From contig DTRN01000181.1 of assembly GCA_012965905.1 (NCBI GenBank), forward strand, positions 2,846 through 49,177: a stretch of DNA of 46,332 nucleotides, in the 5' to 3' direction. Positions 28,290 through 37,613 of this stretch are shown in pieces; position 1 is the stretch's first letter; every line of letters begins with the position of its first letter. Below the pieces are notes generated by a model. The model searched no databases and was not told the origin of the DNA. It saw only the letters and a program-made list of their open reading frames with translations. Source of the stretch: Nitrospirales bacterium (lineage in GTDB: Bacteria > Nitrospirota > Nitrospiria > Nitrospirales > UBA2166). The position numbers were made by a program, and so were the translations under genes.

Positions 28290-29282
28290 TTATTCAATGA
28301 TATACTTTCTCGGGTCAATGCGGACTTTGTTCACCACAACCTCATAGTGGAGATGTGGGCCCGTTGAGAGCCCAGTATTCCCCACGGTTCCGATCACATC
28401 TCCTCGCGAGAGTTTTTGGCCAACCTTCACGCCCATGGTATGTAGGTGCCCATAACGTGTTGAAATTCCGTCGCCGTGTGCAATGGTGATCATCTTGCCA
28501 AATCCAGTGTCATGTTTCCGACGGACAACGGTGCCGGCTGCGGGTGCGAGAATCGGAGTTCCAATCGAAGCGCGAATATCAATCCCGTGATGATTGGTAG
28601 GACGAGCGGTAAACGGTGAGATCCGTAGACCAAACCCCGATGTCACCCACCCCTTCACGGGCCAGATTGCCGGAGTCGCCTCCCATCGTTCCCGCCGATT
28701 TTCAATCGTCTCAACCAGTGCCCGAAGGTCCCGATGATCTACCTTGGCATCACTTCCTAGCCATGCGATTTCCTGTTGCATATCAGGCCGAATCCCGCCT
28801 CGCCCAGTATCTTCCATCACAGCCGAAAACGTTCTGCCTGGGAATGCTGGTAAAAGCTCCTCCCCACCTTGGCCAGAAACAGCGCCGTCAAAGTCTTGCT
28901 GGAGACCCAGCATTTCCCTCACCTTCGTCGTAAGCGTTTTCATATCCGCGAGCTGGAATCGCAGCTTCTCAATGGCTGTGTTCGCTGCTGACGCCTCTTT
29001 TTGACTTACCTCAAGTTCGACCCGAAGATGATCGAGCTCATAAAGCTTCTGCCGTTGTTCAAAAAAATGCGAAAAAAAGATCCATTGTCCACCCAACAGG
29101 CAGACCATGACGAGAACAAAAGCCCTGACGGTCTTTTTCCGAATAGAAAACTGCCGTGGCTGAGAAGTATGGTGATGAAATAACATCACCGTATAGGAAT
29201 TCTCCTGACACACACTCTTACTTCTTTGGCGACGGGCAAAGAATCTCATCACTACTCGCTCCCTGAGGACTGTAGCCCACAA
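28290..29282 (-). CDS. M23/LytM-family metallopeptidase with N-terminal TM and coiled-coil region
   Basis: C-terminal LytM motifs HHGIDI and GNTGLSTGPHLHYEV. The start is uncertain, with Met codons at 29282, 29249 and 29186. Confidence 0.85.
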   Translation of the reverse strand: MWATVLRERVVMRFFARRQRSKSVCQENSYTVMLFHHHTSQPRQFSIRKKTVRAFVLVMVCLLGGQWIFFSHFFEQRQKLYELDHLRVELEVSQKEASAANTAIEKLRFQLADMKTLTTKVREMLGLQQDFDGAVSGQGGEELLPAFPGRTFSAVMEDTGRGGIRPDMQQEIAWLGSDAKVDHRDLRALVETIENRRERWEATPAIWPVKGWVTSGFGLRISPFTARPTNHHGIDIRASIGTPILAPAAGTVVRRKHDTGFGKMITIAHGDGISTRYGHLHTMGVKVGQKLSRGDVIGTVGNTGLSTGPHLHYEVVVNKVRIDPRKYIIE

Positions 29283-29379
29283 TATAAGGCACTCTGGGCA
29301 AGAAGGTATCAGAGTTCAACGCACCCGTCAACGGTCGTTCGCGATCCGTTGAGGGACCGTCCCCCGCCCTCGACAAACC

Positions 29380-29408
29380 TTGCAAACATACGGTGATTCC
29401 TGTATCTT
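29380..29408 (+). promoter_or_regulatory. Possible promoter for pheA
   Basis: TTGCAA (29380-29385), a 17-nt spacer, then TATCTT (29403-29408). It lies about 40 nt upstream of the pheA ATG. This is a pattern match only. Confidence 0.3.
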
Positions 29409-29449
29409 GAGCCGCGTATCTTATTGAAACTTCTATTGAATTACGTTTC

Positions 29450-30526
29450 ATGCCGTCTCTTGAATCCTACAGATCAGACATCGATCAGATTGACGATCAG
29501 ATCCTCCTTCTCCTTGGTGACCGCGCCAAGGCCGTTATCGCAATCGGTCAAATCAAAATGGCCAAGGGCGAGAACGTTAATCTCCACACTGCAGACCGTG
29601 AGGCACGGGTGTTTGAGCGTCTCTTCGAAAAAAACCCTGGTCCGTATCCCAATGAAGCGATACGGCACGTTTTTCGGGAAATCATGTCTGCCTCATTGTG
29701 CCTGGAATGCCCCATTAAAGTGGCATATCTTGGCCCGAAAGGGACATTCACCCACCTTGCGGGAATACGAAAATTAGGCTCGTCAGCTGAATATATCCCC
29801 ATACCCAGCATTAAAGGCGTATTTCAGGAAGTCTGTCGAGGGCAAGTCAACTTCGGCATCGTCCCAATTGAAAACTCAACAGAAGGTGTGGTCAATCACA
29901 CCCTTGATATGTTTTTTGAATCGACCGCGACAATTTATGGCGAAATATCGCAAGAAATCAGTCACCACCTTCTTTCTAAGGCAACAACTCTGGAGGAAAT
30001 AAAGACAATCTATTCCCACCCCCAAGCGATTGCGCAATGTCGAAACTGGATCGAAGAACATATTCCTGGCCCTCCCGTCATCGATGTGTTCAGTACTGGA
30101 CGGGCCGCCGAACTTGCTGCAGATGACCCGACGGCAGCGGCAATTGCATCAGAATTGGCAGCTTCGCTTTACGGATTGAACGTGATGGGAAAGCATATAG
30201 AGGATCGGCTCAATAATTATACCCGCTTTCTGGTGTTGTCAAACCACACACCTGAGCGTACGAACAAAAGCAAAACATCGCTCATGATCTATACTCAAGA
30301 TCGCCCAGGTGGACTCTGCGATCTGCTGAGACCCTTCGCAACCCATGGCATCAACCTAACGAAAATTGAATCACGCCCCTCTCGGCAAAAAGCCTGGGAA
30401 TATGTATTTTTTATCGATATTGATGGCCATGTGGACGATGAGCCCATCACAAAAACCCTGCGCGAGTTGGAGACTCAGACGCTTGGAATGAAGCTTCTGG
30501 GTTCATATCCGACGGATGAACTATAG
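29450..30526 (+). CDS. pheA: Bifunctional chorismate mutase / prephenate dehydratase (P-protein)
   Basis: N-terminal CM_2 domain (IDQIDDQILLLLGDRAK), the PDT domain (VAYLGPKGTFTH, ENSTEGVV) and a C-terminal ACT domain (ESRPS). Confidence 0.92.
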   Translation: MPSLESYRSDIDQIDDQILLLLGDRAKAVIAIGQIKMAKGENVNLHTADREARVFERLFEKNPGPYPNEAIRHVFREIMSASLCLECPIKVAYLGPKGTFTHLAGIRKLGSSAEYIPIPSIKGVFQEVCRGQVNFGIVPIENSTEGVVNHTLDMFFESTATIYGEISQEISHHLLSKATTLEEIKTIYSHPQAIAQCRNWIEEHIPGPPVIDVFSTGRAAELAADDPTAAAIASELAASLYGLNVMGKHIEDRLNNYTRFLVLSNHTPERTNKSKTSLMIYTQDRPGGLCDLLRPFATHGINLTKIESRPSRQKAWEYVFFIDIDGHVDDEPITKTLRELETQTLGMKLLGSYPTDEL

Positions 30527-30559
30527 AGAAGCACCCAGGTAAGATAGCGACAAACCCTT

Positions 30560-31660
30560 TTGATACATCGCATGTCAATTGAAGTTCATCCAGCAATTGC
30601 AGCCATAAGCCCATATGTTCCAGGCCGGCTTGCTGAGGACGTCGAGCGTGAGTTCGGTATCGCTCAGGCAACAAAGCTTGCATCGAATGAGAACGCGTTG
30701 GGGCCATCCCCCAAAGCACTATCGATCTTGAAAGAGGCGAGCAAGACTCTGAACAGATATCCAGATGGCAACGGAAGCGCATTAAAAAAAGCGATTGCTG
30801 CACGATGCGGCATTCCTGTCGACCGCATCATTTTGGGCAATGGTTCGGACGAGCTTATCTCACTGCTGGTCAAGACCGTCATGGCGCCCGGCGACGATGC
30901 GATCATTTCTGCGCCTTCTTTTTCGATCTACGAGAAGGCAGTAACCGCCGGATTGGGTAACGCAATCATTGTCCCATTAACTAATCATTGCTACGACCTG
31001 TCAGCGATGGCCACAGCCATCACCCCACGAACACGACTGTGTTTTGTCTGCAACCCTAACAACCCCACTGGCACCGTCGTCGGTAGGGAACAATTGCTCT
31101 CGTTCCTGCGCCAGATGCCCAACCATGTGCTTGTGGCTGTTGATGAAGCGTATGGGGAATATGTGACGACACCTGACTATCCAGATACCATCGCCCTTCA
31201 ATCCCAAGAATATCCTCTTGTCGTCCTTCGAACTTTTTCGAAAATTTACGGCCTCGCAGGCCTTAGAATTGGATACGGCATTGCCTCGCCCGACGTCATA
31301 GAGGCCATGAATAAGGTTCGGCTCCCATTTAATACCAACACATTGGCTCAACGAGCTGCGTTGGCCGCATTACAAGATGACGATCACATTCAGGCCAGTC
31401 GAACAATGAATCGTGCAGGGAAGACGCTATTCTACGAGATGTTTCATCAACTTGGGTTGCCGTTTATTTACTCCGAAGCCAACTTTGTGTACGTTGATAC
31501 CAAGCGAGATGGCAAAACTGTGTTTGAAGCGCTCCTACGCTTCGGAATCATCGTCCGGCATATTGATGGGCCAATGTTGCGAATTACAGTGGGACGACCC
31601 GATGAAAATGAACGATTTATCACCGCATTTCACACCGTGATGCAGACGCCCGCTCTTTAA
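30560..31660 (+). CDS. hisC: Histidinol-phosphate/aromatic aminotransferase (class II)
   Basis: KLASNENALGPSP, NPNNPTG, and the TFSKIYGLAGLRIGY PLP-lysine block. The start is TTG at 30560 or ATG at 30572. Confidence 0.85.
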   Translation: MIHRMSIEVHPAIAAISPYVPGRLAEDVEREFGIAQATKLASNENALGPSPKALSILKEASKTLNRYPDGNGSALKKAIAARCGIPVDRIILGNGSDELISLLVKTVMAPGDDAIISAPSFSIYEKAVTAGLGNAIIVPLTNHCYDLSAMATAITPRTRLCFVCNPNNPTGTVVGREQLLSFLRQMPNHVLVAVDEAYGEYVTTPDYPDTIALQSQEYPLVVLRTFSKIYGLAGLRIGYGIASPDVIEAMNKVRLPFNTNTLAQRAALAALQDDDHIQASRTMNRAGKTLFYEMFHQLGLPFIYSEANFVYVDTKRDGKTVFEALLRFGIIVRHIDGPMLRITVGRPDENERFITAFHTVMQTPAL

Positions 31661-31663
31661 CTC

Positions 31664-32536
31664 ATGCGACCACATTTTCCGCAAGTCACGATCGTTGGTA
31701 CTGGTTTCATCGGAGGCTCGATAGGCCTTGCAACGAAATCAGCAGGATTAGCAGATGTTGTTGTCGGCACCGACGTGGATCAGGATGCCATTAACCAGGC
31801 CCTTGCTGCACGCGCCATCGACCAAGGGCACACAGATCTCTTGCGTGCGGTCAAAGGTTCGTCGTTGGTTATTCTTGCGTCACCCGTGGGAACCTTTGAA
31901 GAAATCATTCGTTCCACCGTCCACGTTCTCGAACGAGAGACAATACTCAGTGATGTGGGCAGTGTGAAGGGACAGATGGTCATGAACATCGATGCGCTGC
32001 TGCCGCCACATCTTTACTTTGTTGGCGCACACCCGATCGCGGGAAGTGAGAAATCAAATGCGTTGTCAAGCTATTCCGATCTCTTCAACGGCAAACCCTG
32101 CGTAGTGACGCCAACCTCAGAGACCAACGCCACGGCTCTCAGCGTCATTCGTTCGTTTTGGGAGTCGATCGGCACAACCGTTACGACGATGGACCCACTG
32201 CTACATGACAAATTTTTTGGAGCGGTAAGCCATCTCCCGCATATGATTGCGTATGCGACACTGAATAGCATCACGCGTATCCGGGATGCCCTTTTCCCCG
32301 ACGCAAACCTCCATACCCTCTCGCCGTCCAGTTTGAAAGACATGACTCGAATTGCCTCAAGTTCGCCGTCCTTGTGGAGCGAGATCTGTTGTCAGAATGC
32401 GGGGAACCTAGTCACAATGCTCGAGACCTATCAAGACGAAATCAGCGAACTCACGAGTCTTGTTCGACAGGGTGATAGGCACGGCCTCCAGCATGCATTT
32501 GCGCAGGCCAAGAACCTCAGGGATCAACTGTGCTGA
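31664..32536 (+). CDS. tyrA: Prephenate/arogenate dehydrogenase
   Basis: N-terminal Rossmann motif (VTIVGTGFIGGS), the DVGSVK and AHPIAG motifs, and a position between hisC and aroA. Confidence 0.85.
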   Translation: MRPHFPQVTIVGTGFIGGSIGLATKSAGLADVVVGTDVDQDAINQALAARAIDQGHTDLLRAVKGSSLVILASPVGTFEEIIRSTVHVLERETILSDVGSVKGQMVMNIDALLPPHLYFVGAHPIAGSEKSNALSSYSDLFNGKPCVVTPTSETNATALSVIRSFWESIGTTVTTMDPLLHDKFFGAVSHLPHMIAYATLNSITRIRDALFPDANLHTLSPSSLKDMTRIASSSPSLWSEICCQNAGNLVTMLETYQDEISELTSLVRQGDRHGLQHAFAQAKNLRDQLC

Positions 32537-33843
32537 TGTCACGGTTAACGATCACCCCTTCAGGCCCAATCAATAGTGCCATCTCTATTCCAGGGGATAA
32601 ATCGATTACTCATCGTGCGGTGATCTTCAGCGCGATGGCAGAAGGCACGTGCACCATTCGTGGCTACTGCGATGGAGAGGACTGTTTCCGCACCATCAAC
32701 GCCATACGGGCATTAGGGGTTTCGATCGAAGTGAGCAAAACTGAATTGCGTGTGTTTGGAAAGGGTTTGTGGGGATTTTCCGAACCACAACACCTGCTTG
32801 ATTGCGGCAATTCCGGAACCAGCATGCGACTGCTCACCGGGCTACTCTCTGGGCAAGATTTCTTTTCTGTGCTGACCGGAGACAGGTCACTTCGACAGCG
32901 TCCGATGGGTCGAATCGTGACACCATTGCGGCAGATGGGCGCGATGGTCAGCGGACGCAAGGGAGGGGAACTCGCTCCGCTTGCAATACAAGGAGTTCGC
33001 CTATCCGGGGTCTCGTATACCTCGCCCATCGCAAGCGCTCAGGTCAAGTCTGCAATTCTCATCGCTGGCTTACTCGCTGAACAACCCACGACATTTCATG
33101 AGCCCGCTCGCTCCCGTGATCATACAGAACGTGTATTACAGTACTTTGGAGTTCAACTGGATCATGAGAGTGATACGACTATTCGCCTACACCCATCTGC
33201 TCTCACGGCACGAGATGTTGCTGTCCCAGGTGATTTTTCGTCAGCAGCCTTTTTTATCGTTGCAGGGTTGATCCTTCCTGACTCACGTATCACAATTCGC
33301 AATGTCGGCCTGAACCACACTCGGGTTGGACTCCTTGATATTCTCAAAACAATGGGTGCTTCAATACAAACCCTGAACATTCATGACGACGCCGGAGAAC
33401 CCGTAGGAGACATTCACATCCAATCATCCCAGCTCGAAGGCACTGACATTGATCCGAAAGATATGCTCCGCGCAATCGATGAGTTTCCTATCTTGTGCGT
33501 TGCGGCAGCATTAGCCAAAGGACATACGCGTATCACGGGAATGGAAGACCTTCGGGTAAAAGAAAGTGACCGGATTACGACAATGGCCCAAGCACTCGGG
33601 CGTGTTGGAGTCGATGTCGATGAACATCCTGATGGCTTGGTCATCCACGGAAGGGGCCAATTACATGGAGCAGAATGCCCAAGCCATGGGGATCATCGTG
33701 TCGCCATGGCAATGGCCATCGCAGGCCTCAACGCTTTGGAAACCACAACGATCACAGATATTGATTGTATTCAGACCTCGTTTCCAGGGTTTCTCAACGA
33801 ACTTCAGCAGATAGCCCCCACATGCCGCGTAGAGACATCATGA
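32536..33843 (+). CDS. aroA: 3-phosphoshikimate 1-carboxyvinyltransferase (EPSP synthase)
   Basis: PGDKSITHRA, LDCGNSGTSMRLL and DHRVAMA motifs. The ATG at 32536 overlaps the tyrA TGA (TGATG). An in-frame GTG at 32530 is also possible. Confidence 0.93.
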   Translation: MSRLTITPSGPINSAISIPGDKSITHRAVIFSAMAEGTCTIRGYCDGEDCFRTINAIRALGVSIEVSKTELRVFGKGLWGFSEPQHLLDCGNSGTSMRLLTGLLSGQDFFSVLTGDRSLRQRPMGRIVTPLRQMGAMVSGRKGGELAPLAIQGVRLSGVSYTSPIASAQVKSAILIAGLLAEQPTTFHEPARSRDHTERVLQYFGVQLDHESDTTIRLHPSALTARDVAVPGDFSSAAFFIVAGLILPDSRITIRNVGLNHTRVGLLDILKTMGASIQTLNIHDDAGEPVGDIHIQSSQLEGTDIDPKDMLRAIDEFPILCVAAALAKGHTRITGMEDLRVKESDRITTMAQALGRVGVDVDEHPDGLVIHGRGQLHGAECPSHGDHRVAMAMAIAGLNALETTTITDIDCIQTSFPGFLNELQQIAPTCRVETS

Positions 33844-34571
33844 ACCCGCTGACGGTAACAATTGACGGACCTGCAGGAGTGGGTAAAAGTACTGTTGCCA
33901 GATCTCTTGCAGCACGCCTTGGGATTCCATACCTTAACAGCGGGGCATTGTATCGCGCCGTCGCCTGGAAAGTATCGAAGCGAGGCATCAAGCCCAACGA
34001 TGAGGCGGCGGTCATTGATCTCTGTAAACAGACGGAATTTGTCCTCGTAGGCCCCGACAATGATCAGTCTGTTGTGATTGACGGGACTCGGCTCACACAC
34101 GAATTGTGGACACCTCACGTGAGCCTGGTCGCTTCGGAGGTCTCAAGGCTGCCAAGTGTACGTGCATTCTTAAGACCCATACAACGCCAATGTGGAAACA
34201 ACCAAGGGGTGGTTGCAGAAGGCCGAGATATGGGAACGCACGTGTTTGTGGACGCGGAGGTCAAGGTTTTTCTGGATGCCTCCCCGACCGTCAGAGCCCG
34301 ACGACGTTTTCGGGAACTACAGAGCCGCGATGCGGCTGTGTCATGGGAAAGAACCGCGAGTGAATTGACAGAGCGTGACAACCGCGATACAACCCGTTAC
34401 GCGGCTCCCTTGCGGCCTTCACCTGACGCAACGATGATCGATACGAGTGATCTGTCGGCGTCCCAAGTCGTTGATGCAATCCTTGCACTCATCAGACAGG
34501 AACAGGCACGGCCTCAAGTTGAGCCGACACCGCCAGTTGATACGACAAAGCGGACGCAGTCCTCTTATTAA
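33840..34571 (+). CDS. cmk: Cytidylate kinase
   Basis: MNPLTVTIDGPAGVGKSTVAR P-loop N-terminus. The ATGA overlap with the aroA stop fixes the start. The ORF-track start at 33765 lies inside aroA. Confidence 0.9.
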   Translation: MNPLTVTIDGPAGVGKSTVARSLAARLGIPYLNSGALYRAVAWKVSKRGIKPNDEAAVIDLCKQTEFVLVGPDNDQSVVIDGTRLTHELWTPHVSLVASEVSRLPSVRAFLRPIQRQCGNNQGVVAEGRDMGTHVFVDAEVKVFLDASPTVRARRRFRELQSRDAAVSWERTASELTERDNRDTTRYAAPLRPSPDATMIDTSDLSASQVVDAILALIRQEQARPQVEPTPPVDTTKRTQSSY

Positions 34572-34605
34572 CCTTTCACCTTTATTGGGAGATAGTAAAC
34601 AGAGT

Positions 34606-36297
34606 ATGGAACAACAAACAACGACACCAGAGCAGGAGGATGTAACCAACACTGAACTGTCGCTGGACGAAATGTATGAAGCATCGTTTCGTCCGTTTAA
34701 GGAACGGTCCGTGATAGAAGGGGAAGTCGTCAGCATCGGGAAAGACCGGATTCTTGTCGATATCGGCTATAAATCCGAGGGAATCGTCTCCATAAGGGAA
34801 CTCAACGAGGAAGAGCTTGAGGCCCTTAAAGTTGGCGACCGCATGCAGGTGTTCATTGAACAGAAAGAAGATCATGAAGGCAATCTGATTCTTTCTAAAG
34901 AAAAAGCCGACAAGATGAAGGTTTGGGAGAGTCTAGAAGAGGCGTATCGTGCAGAAACTGTCGTTGAAAGTCGTATTATCGCCCGCATTAAGGGAGGGAT
35001 GATGGTCGATATCGGCGTCAAAGCATTCCTGCCAGGTTCCCAGGTAAATCTTCACCCTGTTCGAGACCTTGACGCGCTTATTGGCAAAACCTTCCCCATG
35101 AAAATCATTAAATTTAATCACCAGCGCGGCAGTATTGTGGTGTCACGACGTGTCGTCCTTGAGGAGGTCAGGGCCACCAAGCGACAACATACGCTCGCCT
35201 CCCTTGAAGAAGGTCAGCTCATTGAAGGAATGATCAAAAATATCACAGTCTACGGGGCGTTTATCGATCTTGGGGGAATTGACGGGCTGTTGCACATTAC
35301 TGATATGTCATGGGGAAGGGTTACTCACCCTGCAGAGGTGTGTGTCGTTGGCGACAAGATCCAGGTCATCATACTCAAATACGATCGCGAAACCTCTCGG
35401 GTCTCGTTAGGGCTCAAGCAACGCTCGGCGGATCCTTGGATTCATGTGGGCGAAAAATATCCCGTTGGGAGCCGTCATCAAGGGAAAGTGGTAAGCCTGG
35501 TCGATTATGGTGCGTTTGTAGAACTTGAACCCGGCATTGAGGGACTCGTTCACGTCTCTGAGATGTCCTGGACACAAGAAATTCGGCACCCGTCTAAAGT
35601 GCTCTCAGTCGGAAACCAGATCGAGATTTCCGTGCTTCATGTTGACCAGGCCGGAAGAAAAATATCCCTTGGATTAAAGCAGACCGAACCAAATCCATGG
35701 GATCTTATCCAAAGTAAATATGTCGTCGGCACCACGATTTCAGGCAAAGTCAAAAGCCTCACGGATTTTGGCGCGTTCGTTGGGCTGGAAGAAGGCATTG
35801 ACGGGTTAATCCATATCTCGGATATGTCCTGGACAAAGCACGTCAAACACCCGTCCGAGATCTTTAAAAAAGGCGCGACCACCGAAGCGGTGGTTCTTAA
35901 AATTGACCGCGAGAAAGAGCGTCTTTCCCTAGGCTACAAACAACTGATCGCAAATCCCTGGGATGAATTTATCCCGAGCCGCTATGAAGTCGGGCAAACC
36001 TCGAAGGGACGGGTTTCAAAGGTTACAGATTTCGGCGTCTTTGTGGAGCTTGAAGGAGGAGTCGAGGGTCTCATTCACGTCAGTGAGGCCGATCTCGAAG
36101 GATCTGCCAGACTTGAGGATCACTTTAGTTTGAACGCTGAAGTCACGGCAAAGCTCATCAAGGTAGATACTGAGGAACGAAAGATTGCCCTGAGCATCCG
36201 TGAATATCGTCAAGACCTCGAACGGAAACAAATCGAAACCTTTAACCAGACACAGGAAGCCTCTGCGGAAAGCTCAGAAGGTGAACACACCTCGTGA
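34606..36297 (+). CDS. rpsA: 30S ribosomal protein S1
   Basis: Six S1 repeats (for example GEVVSIGKDRILVDIGYKSEG, VTDFGVFVELEGGVEGLIHVSE). The start MEQQTTTPEQ is at 34606. The ORF-track start at 34447 lies inside cmk. Confidence 0.93.
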   Translation: MEQQTTTPEQEDVTNTELSLDEMYEASFRPFKERSVIEGEVVSIGKDRILVDIGYKSEGIVSIRELNEEELEALKVGDRMQVFIEQKEDHEGNLILSKEKADKMKVWESLEEAYRAETVVESRIIARIKGGMMVDIGVKAFLPGSQVNLHPVRDLDALIGKTFPMKIIKFNHQRGSIVVSRRVVLEEVRATKRQHTLASLEEGQLIEGMIKNITVYGAFIDLGGIDGLLHITDMSWGRVTHPAEVCVVGDKIQVIILKYDRETSRVSLGLKQRSADPWIHVGEKYPVGSRHQGKVVSLVDYGAFVELEPGIEGLVHVSEMSWTQEIRHPSKVLSVGNQIEISVLHVDQAGRKISLGLKQTEPNPWDLIQSKYVVGTTISGKVKSLTDFGAFVGLEEGIDGLIHISDMSWTKHVKHPSEIFKKGATTEAVVLKIDREKERLSLGYKQLIANPWDEFIPSRYEVGQTSKGRVSKVTDFGVFVELEGGVEGLIHVSEADLEGSARLEDHFSLNAEVTAKLIKVDTEERKIALSIREYRQDLERKQIETFNQTQEASAESSEGEHTS

Positions 36298-36338
36298 AAC
36301 TGTATCCATATTAATAACAACGAAACCAACTGCCTATC

Positions 36339-37244
36339 ATGAGTGAGTCCATACCAGCGTCTCGCGAACCCTCGCCGCTAGGCCGTGGAATTCGGACCAT
36401 CGGCCTGGTGATCGCGGGCTTCTTCGTTCTCGTCCTTGGAATCACCCTGCTCGTGGAAGCGATACCGATCGCGAGTGAAAACAGCATTGCCTTGATCCGC
36501 ATTGAAGGAATCATCATTGATCCACATGAAGTCCTTCAACAAATTAAGCACTTTGCTGACGACTCCTCTATTCAGGCGATCGTTGTCCGCATCAACAGCC
36601 CAGGCGGCGCGGTGGTCCCGTCCCAAGAAATCTATGCGGCATTGAAGCGCATCCGTGATGATGGAGAAAAAACGGTGGTAACCTCAATGGGGAACATGGC
36701 CGCCTCCGGAGGGTATTACATCGCTTCTGCCTCGAATACGATTCTCGCGAATCCCGGAACCATTACTGGAAGCATCGGCGTCATCATGGAAATGACCAAC
36801 GTCGAGGAACTACTCGCCAAGGTAGGCATTGAAAGTGTGGTGGTGAAGAGCGGCCTCCATAAAGATCTTGCATCACCATTCCGGCCGCTGAGCGTGCAAT
36901 CGCGAACCATCCTGCAGCACGTCATGGATGACGTCCATGACCAATTTATTCATGCGGTGGCTGAAGGGCGTGAAATGGGGGTTGAACAGGTCCACGCCCT
37001 AGCCGATGGAAGAATTTTCACTGGTCGGCAAGCGCTCGCAGTTAATCTCGTCGATCGCTTAGGTACGCTACAAGATGCCATCCAATTAGCTGCAGATCTT
37101 GCAGGTATTACTGAGGAGCCAACCGTCATTGAGGTCGAACCGCGGTTTTCACTACAGGATCTCATTCTGACCCAACTCCGGGATTCCCTGTATGAGATCA
37201 TCAGGCCAGACATTTTTCGCCTGAAATTCGAATTCGCTCTGTGA
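36339..37244 (+). CDS. sppA: Signal peptide peptidase SppA, 36K type
   Basis: N-terminal TM segment, INSPGG, and SMGNMAASGGYYIA with the catalytic Ser context (ClpP/crotonase fold, S49). Confidence 0.85.
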   Translation: MSESIPASREPSPLGRGIRTIGLVIAGFFVLVLGITLLVEAIPIASENSIALIRIEGIIIDPHEVLQQIKHFADDSSIQAIVVRINSPGGAVVPSQEIYAALKRIRDDGEKTVVTSMGNMAASGGYYIASASNTILANPGTITGSIGVIMEMTNVEELLAKVGIESVVVKSGLHKDLASPFRPLSVQSRTILQHVMDDVHDQFIHAVAEGREMGVEQVHALADGRIFTGRQALAVNLVDRLGTLQDAIQLAADLAGITEEPTVIEVEPRFSLQDLILTQLRDSLYEIIRPDIFRLKFEFAL

Positions 37245-37267
37245 TGAAACACCCATAAGACGAGCTT

Positions 37268-37585
37268 ATGACAAAAGCTGCACTGATACGTCGACTGACC
37301 GACAAAATACCATCATTGACAAAGCGCCAAGTGGAGGTTGTGGTCAATACTATTTTTGATTCGATGCGAAACGCGCTCACGCGAGGAGACAAAATTGAAA
37401 TACGAGGCTTTGGAAGTTTTAAGCTTCGCGCACGCCGGATGAAAGAAGGGCGAAACCCGAAGACCGGCGAAGCCGTTCTCGTCCCCCCAAAGAAAATCCC
37501 CTTCTTTAAGGTCGGAAAAGAGCTGCGTCACATGGTCAACGGAACATCGCCGCCACAAGACTCCATCTCCAAGCATAACGAATAA
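37268..37585 (+). CDS. ihfB: Integration host factor beta subunit (HU/IHF family)
   Basis: IEIRGFGSFKLRARRMKEGRNPKTGEAV arm region. The conserved cmk-rpsA-ihfB neighbourhood supports the call. Confidence 0.75.
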   Translation: MTKAALIRRLTDKIPSLTKRQVEVVVNTIFDSMRNALTRGDKIEIRGFGSFKLRARRMKEGRNPKTGEAVLVPPKKIPFFKVGKELRHMVNGTSPPQDSISKHNE

Positions 37586-37613
37586 GCCTCCATCACAATA
37601 CGCCCCGTTCTGC

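Noticed and set aside
29283-29449. pheA leader peptide or attenuator, and the TTG ORF at 29424-29777
   Set aside because: There is no Phe-rich mini-ORF and no terminator/antiterminator pair. The 117-aa ORF is an out-of-frame overlap of the chorismate mutase domain. Only short hairpins (CAACGG...CCGTTG, GGGACcGTCCC) are present.
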